DNA of 64,000 nucleotides from Eledone cirrhosa (Eukaryota): NCBI GenBank assembly GCA_964016885.1, contig OZ024750.1, positions 10,292,001 to 10,356,000 of the forward strand, read 5' to 3'. Shown piece by piece: positions 54,090 to 64,000 of this stretch (position 1 is its first letter; each line of letters starts with the position of its first letter). The notes under the pieces were generated by a model. It saw only the letters and a program-made list of their open reading frames with translations, ran no database searches and was not told where the DNA came from. The position numbers and the translations under genes were made by a program.

Positions 54090-54660
54090 ATTATATATAT
54101 ATATATTATATATATTATATATATATTATATATATATTATATATATATATATTATATATATATTATATATATATATGATATATATATATAATATATATAA
54201 TATATAAAATATATAATATATAAAATATATATATGATATATATATATATAATATATATATATATAATATATATATATATATAATATATATATATATATAT
54301 ACAATATATATATAATTGTTTCTACTTTTGGCACAAGGCCAGCAATTAATAATATATCATATATATATATAATATATATAATATATATATGATATATATA
54401 TATACAATATATATATATATATAATAAATATATATATAATAAATATATAATATATATATATAATATATATAATATATATATGATATATATATATAAAGAA
54501 TATAAATATATATATATATAATATATATAATATATATATGATATATATATATACAATATAAATATATATATAATAAATATATATACAATATAAATATATA
54601 TATAATAAATATATATACAATATAAATATATATATAATAAATATATATATAATAAATATA
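52987..54660. repeat. (TA)n-rich compound microsatellite
   Basis: Direct inspection; contains a small SINE remnant at about 54313-54347. Confidence 0.96.
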
Positions 54661-54850
54661 TATAGTATTTTTTCGTTTCACAGATATGAAACTAAGAACG
54701 CTATCAACTTATATGCCTTCAGATATATCCTATGTGTGTGAATGACAATAAATTGATTTCATATGCGAGGTATTTGAAATAAATCTGATATTTTTGAGAG
54801 AATAAAACGAAGCTTTTTAATGTAACTTAATTAATTCGTTATTACTCTAG

Positions 54851-54967
54851 GCTGTAGGTATAAACAGAAGTGTTATCTTCCTGGTGAAACATATCATTCT
54901 GGTTGTTATGTTCTCACGTGTCTGAGACGCGGAAGATATTTTCAGTGGATTAAGCATCTAAAACATG
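54851..54967 (+). CDS. Secreted Cys-rich repeat protein, module exon R4
   Basis: ttactctag acceptor, 117 bp, G|gtatgt donor; reads GCRYKQKCYLPGETYHSGCYVLTCLRRGRYFQWIKHLKH. Confidence 0.82.
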
Positions 54968-55819
54968 GTATGTGTTAATTATAATTTATTTATTTATTGC
55001 TAAATTTATTTATTTAACACTATTTCAGTTCATATCTCAATAAAATCATTTTTTCATGTCATCATATAAATATAACAAGCAAGTAATAAAGTAGATAGCC
55101 GTCTTTTCCTGTTCAGTGGGTTTATATGCCCCATTATTAGACTACATTATATAAGAGAAAAAATATTACAGCGAAGCTTCTATTCTGTTTCAATTCTAAA
55201 GTAGATATAGTCATCATAGGCGTACCTCCCCCTCCTCCTTTTTTTACGTAAGTTTCGACTTTACAATCTAATCTAATCTGTAATTTGGCCGAGTTTACAC
55301 TCGCAAATAAGAAGAACCAGGACTCCCCCTAGGAGCATTGGATTTGGTGTACTTCATATTTGTTTCGTTTACTGAATACAATCCGGGATCGCTGCGAGAG
55401 CGCCTTTCCATTGTCAATTTGCATTGATCATCTGCAAAACCGCATTGTTCTCAGAACCACTACACCAGTCTTTCGATGTGTGCAGCTGGAACTACTGCCA
55501 CCCATTGATTTGACAGGATTTAAAAAAAAAACTTTTTTCTAGATGAGTTCTTCCGCCCTTTGTCAGGTTTTGTTTTTTGTCCTGCAGGATGTCCAAAATC
55601 ACCCTCCGGTTTAGTCACCGATGACCCGACCATGCGACTGGTTGTACTGGGTTACATGCTACCAGTAGCACTCAAAAGTGACTTGACATAAAACAGACTT
55701 TATAAAACAGCCTACAAGCAGTTGTAATATCTCAATTGTTGAAGTTGTTTTATCCTGTATGCTTATGTTCGCAATAAAACTCTAAGTATACTTTCATAGT
55801 TTACGTTGAAACATGCTTT

Positions 55820-56012
55820 ATTCCACTCCCTTACTATCCTCGGGGAAACGCCTTCTCCATTCTGTCCGCCGGGACTGTGGGAAGGCCAGCACGTGGGACC
55901 CCATTTGCTCACCATGCAGAGAGATGGAGAGGGCGAGAGAGATGGAGGCGATGACAGTGAGAGTTCGGCTATTCCACATTCCGACCTTATCCTGGTTGTG
56001 TTTATCATCTAT
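55820..56012 (+). mobile_element. Dispersed repeat family 4 (unclassified, about 190 bp)
   Basis: tccattctgtccgcc...gggaccccatttgctcaccat...gatgacagtg(g/a)gagttcggct. Copies at 31095-31252(-), 41220-41425(-), 51170-51330, 52150-52325, 56180-56240(-). Confidence 0.7.
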
Positions 56013-56328
56013 TTAGAAAATTGTTTATTTTCCACTAGTATTTAGTTAAACTGGTTGTCACATTATGAGACTAGTCAGGTCAGGTGACCATGTCTAGTTT
56101 CTATGAATCTGGCTCAGATTCTACGACAGGATACCCTTCTTAACGAGATATAGATCAAAGTAGAGTCAATAGTTAAGTCTATAGATAATGAACACAACCA
56201 CAAGGATATGGTCCGAACTTGGAAGAGCCGAACTCCCACTTGTACTTCTGTATTTGTATATATGTTTTACTTTATCTTACATTCAGTTTATTAATATTCA
56301 TCTTTATTTCTGTTCTTTAATTCTACAG

Positions 56329-56339
56329 GTTGTTTATAA
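56329..56339 (+). CDS. Secreted Cys-rich repeat protein, terminal exon (GCL-stop)
   Basis: Strong polypyrimidine acceptor ttctttaattctacag followed by GT TGT TTA TAA, the same G|GT-TGT opening as the module exons. ATTAAA and AATAAA signals lie about 150-210 bp downstream. Confidence 0.65.
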
Positions 56340-57266
56340 ACAAAGCTGGATTCACCAAAATATTCATACTAACAGGCATGTATAAATCGAAATAGTCAAG
56401 TTAATATCAAGTGAAATATATATAAAGAAATAGAACACCAACGTGTTATAAGGCAAACATTGAAGTTTAATACTCGCAGTGTTAACGATAATTAAATATA
56501 ATCAATTTGGGAATTTAATTGAAATCGACACTTATTAATTTAATAAATATTAATGAGAAATAAGTGTAATAATCATTATTGCTTATTGGGACCTTCATAA
56601 TACGACGTGAGTATGAAACCAGACGCAACAATTTTATTGAAACTTCAAATGATCAACGTGCAAGACTGTACAGTTTACAATCTATAAATGTACAATTGAA
56701 TGATATTAGCAAAACTCCCCCTCCCTCCCATTTAATTTTCTTCAGTATATACGTATAAAAGATGTATATTTTAATATTTCTGTAACCATTATATTATCTT
56801 GATACATTGCTATTAGAATAAGTTTGATATATTTTATTTCATCATTAAATAAATAGAATTTGATTCGTGTAATTTCTCAAGACAGATTCCTAAATTACTC
56901 GAATAAGATTCACTATGAGCTACACAATGAACAATTTTATTTCGTTAATGGAAAGAAAAATATAAGAGGACTTTCAAAACATTATTCATTTTTTGCTCAT
57001 ATGTTTTAAAATAATACACTCACAAAAAGGAAAGTTTTTAGAATTAAGATGTACAAAATATAGTTTAAACGATTCAATAGTATCTTTTTTTGTAACTGAA
57101 TTTTTATACCTATTAAAATGTTATTTTTATAAAGTCTAACTTGTTTTTCAATTTCTTTCTCTTCAAAATGGTGTTGATTTAAATACATTCTACATATATA
57201 TGTTTACTCGAGTATATCAAATATTCAAACGAAATGTAATTTTACTTTCGTTTGAATATGTGTGTC

Positions 57267-57315
<49 letters not shown>

Positions 57316-57869
57316 TTTTAGAACGTGTAAACCTAAGCAATTCTCATTTAATGTCTATTATTTATTATAGAAGTGAAATTGGTATTGTTTTTGGTTGTAA
57401 ATCAGAATTGATTGATACAAATTTGACAGATACTCAGTTGTCAATTTGTGGTGTTTACTTTGACATATCATTTTAAAGGTTTTAGAAGATACGAAGTGTT
57501 TCATAGTTTTGCCATCGTCAGCATTTTTCTTGAACTTTAAATTAAAATGCGTAGTTCTAAATAATATCAGAATAGAAAAGTAAAGAGGTTATGAATTTGA
57601 CGGAAATTCTGGTGGAAAAGTTATAAAAATATTGATAAATAATCCAGATGATAATTGCTTCTACTTTTGGCACAAGGCCAGCAATTTCCCAGTGCATTAC
57701 TGGTACTTTATTTTATCGACCCCGTAAGGCAAAGTTAACCTCGGCGGGATTTGAACTCAGAATGGCAAGGGCCGTAACTCTATGCGTCAAAGCATGGCGT
57801 CCGACCCCCTACCGATACTGCCAATCTAGATGATGAAGATGCGCATATATATATATATATATATATATC

Positions 57870-57908
<39 letters not shown>

Positions 57909-57918
57909 GTGTGTATAT

Positions 57919-58001
<83 letters not shown>

Positions 58002-58039
58002 CGCGTGTTTATGAATGTATGTATATATGTATGTATATC

Positions 58040-58497
58040 AGGGCAAAGGAGCTCTTAAGAGTCAATGGCCATCCAAAATCACCGGGAGAGATGACCCCTT
58101 AGCCTTTGTCAAGGAAGAATTCTAGGAGAAGGAAAACTCTGATATAACACCTGCAACCCTGATGGTATCCAATGATGTTGACTTGTTCTTCTTTTTGGTA
58201 CATATCATCTTGGTTAAGAGAGTGGGACTGGCTTTGTGCAGTGCCTTTGCTCACTATAAAAGCTTCACGGCACAGGCATTGCTTTATATCTGGAGATCTC
58301 TCTGCACTTGTCGTCACATGGTACCATGGGCCCAGTACTATGTGTCAGTAATTGTCACAAGTGTAGTGTTTGTACCAGAGTTCTCAAGTCGCTGGCTGGA
58401 CTAAAAAGTCACACTCGTTCAGCGCATCGGTAGGAGTTCTCCTACATGGATATAAAGTAGTGGCCGTACTCGAAAACGAGTTGGCAGCCACCATATC
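58040..58497 (+). mobile_element. Dispersed repeat, probable LINE 5'-UTR or SINE; truncated copy
   Basis: Near-identical to the reverse complement of 60197-60651. Confidence 0.65.
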
Positions 58498-58498
58498 A

Positions 58499-58536
<38 letters not shown>

Positions 58537-59598
58537 CAGGATAAGTTATATATACAATAAAAATCTATATATTATATACACATCTGTATAAAACTGAAAT
58601 CATTTATAGTTGTTGAATGTACCTGTTTCAGGTGTACACCAAAGGCGACTACCTTGTTGTCTTTAAGGATAGCACCAGCCCTATCCATACTTCCCACTGG
58701 CTCTATGGATAGCTCCAGCACTATTCACTATCAAGCAGCAACTAACTTAAACGTGGAGCTGATAATGTAAATGTTGCTGTTGTTGTTGCTGTTGTTGTTC
58801 GCCTCCTTTGCATATTTACAAATCTATAATTGGTAGTTATTTAAATTTCCACTATTTGAAATAAGTATAGTCTAACATGGTGAATAATGCTACAAAATAT
58901 TATCAACATGTCGCAATATAAAGCAGTTCAAAGATCGGTAGATTGACAGAAATCAGTAGAGCGTCGGACATTATACTTCGCGGCATAGAGTTACGTTCCT
59001 TTACGTTCTCAGTACAAATCCCACCGAGGTTAGCTTTGCTTTCCATCATCCTCCCCTTCAAATTGCTGGCCTTGTGCTTAAATCAGAAACCATTATTAAG
59101 CCGTTTGTAAAAGTTATCTCCCTTGCTTTCTTTAAAATTATTTCTTTCTTATTTTGGAAAGTTTTGTAAAATTCTACTAAAAAAACATTACTAGTGTGTT
59201 TTTAAATTGGAATAATTTTATGAATTTCAGAGGACTTAGATATAAATTTTACCTCTGTCGGATTCGAATTTAACTATAATAGGAAATCACTACAGCGCTC
59301 CTCGTAGAAATATTAGTCTATTTCCAGTACTAAAAACAGCAATTGTTACCTGCCTCACGTTGGTATTGTGTTAGTGTAAATTACGGGAGGACATTCGCAT
59401 ATGGGTAAAAATAGAAAAGACATAGATAGCCGGTTAAAGGGAGATAAGTCAGGTTGTTAGGGAGATAAGTCGGGTTGTTGGGCGGACTAAGAAAAACAAA
59501 CACATTCTATTGCGGTTATTTTTTTCCTTATATCTACGTTCATATAAATGTTTCCGAATGAACTGGGGGTGATTTAATATAGAAATGGCTTCTACAGG

Positions 59599-59648
59599 AC
59601 TTTCCTGATGATTTCCTTCGAATGAAACAGTTCTAGTCCTGTAGAAGC
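59599..59648 (+). ncRNA. Type I hammerhead motif with closed stem III (family C)
   Basis: ACTTTC-CTGATGA-TTTCCTTCGAAT-GAA-ACAG-TTCTAGTC-CTGT-A-GAAG: 4-bp stem III, GUA site, weak stem II. A related decayed copy is at 4588-4640 (minus). Confidence 0.6.
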
Positions 59649-59749
59649 CTATTCTATATTTAATATTTATATTCTGCTATGTATTGAGTACCTTACTTAC
59701 TGTGGTTAGCCCCGATTGAATCCGGCACAAACACACACACACACTCACT

Positions 59750-59805
<56 letters not shown>

Positions 59806-60089
59806 GTATTTGTGTATACTGTCTCATGTCAACATACGTACATACATACACATATATATACACACATATATATATACATATATATATACACACACGCACG
59901 AGGACAAAACCACGCACACACTCATAAATGTAGGTATGTGTGTAAATATAGTAGATATTTAGAGGACATGCACATACTTACCTACACACACATATATATG
60001 GACACGCATGCTTACACACTCACACACACACACACACAGACCCAAATATATATATATACACACATATATACATACATATATAAACATAC

Positions 60090-60122
<33 letters not shown>

Positions 60123-60196
60123 CACACATATATACATACATATATAAACATACATATATATATATACATATATATATAAACATACACATATATATA

Positions 60197-60810
60197 TATG
60201 GTGGCTGCCAACTCGTTTTCGAGTACGGCCACTACTTTATATCCATGTAGGGGAACTCCTACCGATGCGCTGAACAAGTGTGACTTTTTAGTCCAGTCAG
60301 CGACTTGAAAACTCTGGTACAAACACTACACTTGTGACAATTATTGACACATAGTGCTGGGCCCATGGTACCATGTGATGACAAGTGCAGAGAGATCTCC
60401 AGATATAAAGCAATGCCTGTGCCGTGAAGCTTTTATAGTTAGCAAAGGCACTGCACAAAGCCAGTCCCACTCTCTTAGCCAAGATGATATTTACCAAAAA
60501 GAAGAACAAGTCAACATCATTGGATACCATCAGGGTTGTAGGTGTTATATCAGAGTTTTCCTTGTCCTAGAATTCTGCCTTGACAAAGGCTAAGGGGTCA
60601 TCTCTCCCGGTGATTTTGGATGGCCATTGACTCTTAAGAGCTCCTTTGCCCTTTGACAGGTTTTGTTTTTAGTCCTGCAGGATGTCCAAAGTCACCCTCC
60701 TCACCAAGAAACCTTGGTGGGGTTGCCAGTTTAGTCACCAACGACCCGACCATGAGACAAGTTGTACTGGAATACATGTTACCAGTAGCACCAATTGGTG
60801 ACCTGACATA
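60197..60810 (-). mobile_element. Dispersed repeat, longer copy inverted relative to 58040-58497
   Basis: Shares about 455 bp with the 58-kb copy; its remaining ~160 bp matches 55545-55690. Flanked by (TA)n. Confidence 0.65.
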
Positions 60811-61158
60811 ATATATATATATACATACATATATACATAATATATATATACATACATATATACATGCATACATATACATATATATGTACATACATATATA
60901 AACATACACATATATATATATATATATATACATACATATATACATACATACATATATATATATACATACATACAAACATATATACATATACATACATATA
61001 TACATATATATATATAAACATACATATATATATATCTACATACATATACATACATATATAAACATACATATACATACATATATAAACATACATATATATA
61101 TATATATATATATACAATATTAAATAAATGGAAAACTATATTTATAAAACCATATTTA

Positions 61159-61219
61159 TTTCATTATATATATTTCGGGGATATCATATTAACAATATGC
61201 TATGCCTTCATCAGACAAA
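61159..61219 (-). ncRNA. Minimal hammerhead motif (family B-related, different stem II)
   Basis: TTTGT-CTGATGA-AGGCATAGCATATTGTTAATATGATATCCCC-GAAA-TATATA-TA-ATGAA; shares the downstream flank of family B. Confidence 0.68.
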
Positions 61220-61273
61220 TATATCAGTTATAAATATTTACTAGTTGTAACCCAACAATTTTAAATATAACTT

Positions 61274-61325
<52 letters not shown>

Positions 61326-61471
61326 CACACACACATATATATATATTATATATATATATATATACATATACATACATATACATATATATATATATACATA
61401 TACATACATATACATATACATATATATATATATACATATACATACATATACATACATATACACACATATAG

Positions 61472-61567
<96 letters not shown>

Positions 61568-61707
61568 AGGTATGTATACCTATATGCAAAATCCATATAA
61601 GGACACATGTATTATCCAACCGTATGCCAATGTGGTTGTATGGCAGGTTAATAAATTAACGAGTCAGAACATATTTTAAAACTTTTTCTTATTTGCTAAA
61701 CCTTGAT

Positions 61708-61804
<97 letters not shown>

Positions 61805-61950
61805 ATACTTTGGGAGGGTCATGTTGCCAATAAGAAACACACGCACCAGTTGCTTTCACTTCAATTTAACATGACCCTCCCAAAGTATAACAATATCGGT
61901 TTCAACACACGATTTCAGATAAAGAATCTTGCTAAACAAATTCAGAAACG

Positions 61951-62012
<62 letters not shown>

Positions 62013-62321
62013 TCATATATACATACATATATACATACACATACAGATGCTGACACACACACACACCATGCGATTGCATTTTAGATATAGGGTGTGAGTG
62101 CGAGTTTGCTGATGATTATAGGTTTAAGCGCGACTGGGAAGCTGAGAGACGTGATAGAACGCTGTCTCAAATACTCTCTCAGTCCCCTGTAATGGCTGCT
62201 TTGTAGAACTTTTAAAATTATGAATCAATGAAAGGAGAAAGTAGTAAGGTAGAATATTTAGAAGAGAAAGTGTACAAGTTGTGTGAAAAGGTATAGAGGT
62301 ATAGAGGTGGGGTAGGATTTC

Positions 62322-62324
<3 letters not shown>

Positions 62325-62373
<49 letters not shown>

Positions 62374-62390
62374 TATATATATATATATAT

Positions 62391-62457
<67 letters not shown>

Positions 62458-62789
62458 TATATATATATATACACACACACATATATATATACACACACAT
62501 ATATATATATATACACACACATATATATATATATATATACACACATATATACACACACACATATATATATATATACACACATATATACACACACATATAT
62601 ATATATATACACACACATATATATACACATATATATACACACACATATATATACACACACATATATATACATATATACATATATATATATACATATATAT
62701 ATACATATACATATATATATACATATACATATATATATACATTTATATTCATATACATATATACACATATATATACCTATATATATACT

Positions 62790-62867
<78 letters not shown>

Positions 62868-63074
62868 CACACACACATATATATATATATACACACATAT
62901 ATACACACACATATATATATATACACACACATATATATACACATATATATACACACACATATATATACACACACATATATATACATATATACATATATAT
63001 ACATATATATATACATATACATATATATATACATTTATATTCATATACATATATACACATATATATACTTATAT
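62325..63074. repeat. (TA)n(CA)n compound microsatellite
   Basis: Direct inspection. Confidence 0.95.
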
Positions 63075-63075
63075 A

Positions 63076-63203
63076 GAAACACTAACAGGAGATGGGAGAA
63101 ACACTAACAGGAGATGGGAGAAACACTAACAGGAGATGGGAGAAACACTAACAGGAGATGGGAGAAACACTAACAGGAGATGGGAGAAACACTAACAGGA
63201 GAT
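63076..63203. repeat. 22-bp minisatellite gaaacactaacaggagatggga, about 6 copies
   Basis: Direct inspection. Confidence 0.93.
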
Positions 63204-63215
63204 GTGTTAGAGATT

Positions 63216-63317
63216 AACAACAACAACAACAACAACAACAGTAACAACAACAACAACAGTAACAACAACAACAACAACAGTAACAACAACAACAACAGTA
63301 ACAACAACAACAACAGT

Positions 63318-63349
<32 letters not shown>

Positions 63350-63459
63350 AAGTAACAACAGCAACAGTAACAACAACAACAACCAACAGCAACAGTAACA
63401 ACAACAGTAACAACAACAACAACAACAGTAACAACAACAACAACAACAACAATAACAGT

Positions 63460-63523
<64 letters not shown>

Positions 63524-63659
63524 GTAACAGCAACAACAGTAACAACAACAACAGCAACAACAGTAACAACAACAACAACAACAACAGTAACAACAACAAC
63601 AACAACAGTAACAACAACAACAACAACAACAGTAACAACAACAACAGCAGCAACAGTAA

Positions 63660-63724
<65 letters not shown>

Positions 63725-63837
63725 GTAACAACAACAACAACAACAGTAACAACAACAACAATAACAACAACAACAGCAGCAACAGTAACAACAACAACAA
63801 CAACAACAACAGTAACAACAACAACAGCAGCAACAGT

Positions 63838-63868
<31 letters not shown>

Positions 63869-63888
63869 GTAACAACAACAGCAACAGC

Positions 63889-63914
<26 letters not shown>
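63216..63914. repeat. (AAC)n microsatellite with AGT/AGC interruptions
   Basis: Direct inspection; source of poly-L/V/N ORFs. Confidence 0.96.
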
Positions 63915-63919
<5 letters not shown>

Positions 63920-64000
63920 TCGTGGACTGACAAATGTTCAGAAGTCTGTAAAACACGTTCCTGTAATATCTACATGTTTCTGTCTATATATCTTTATACA

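Noticed and set aside
54684-54745. Acceptor-like site followed by DMKLRTLSTYMPSDISYVCE*
   Set aside because: Lacks the Cys module pattern and a donor; the convincing exon starts at 54851.
63170-63956. Poly-L, poly-V and poly-N ORFs
   Set aside because: (AAC)n microsatellite.

Overview
Eukaryotic, very AT-rich, intron-rich animal DNA. It is dense in (TA)n/(CA)n/(AAC)n microsatellites, minisatellites, tRNA-derived SINEs, MITEs and LINE fragments; the repeat landscape suggests an octopod cephalopod (inference). Almost all long ORFs in the supplied track are simple-repeat artefacts. Reading splice sites by hand gives three spliced genes. (1) The 5' part of a flavin-containing monoamine-oxidase-like gene on the minus strand (exons 12340-12196, 4274-4184, 1067-893; continues off the left edge). 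(2) A complete 434-aa DegT/DnrJ/EryC1/StrS-type PLP aminotransferase on the minus strand (exons 33531-33486, 28883-27916, 24705-24415) ending in a peroxisomal PTS1-type -AKL. (3) A plus-strand gene largely invisible to the ORF track (43811-56339) encoding a ~203-aa secreted, cationic, Tyr/Cys-rich protein built from symmetric phase-1 exons, each carrying one 4-Cys module, with two decayed copies of the module in an intron. The window also carries several families of minimal hammerhead-ribozyme motifs of the Penelope-like-element type, including a cluster in the sense strand of intron 1 of the amine oxidase gene. There is one 200-N assembly gap (52787-52986).
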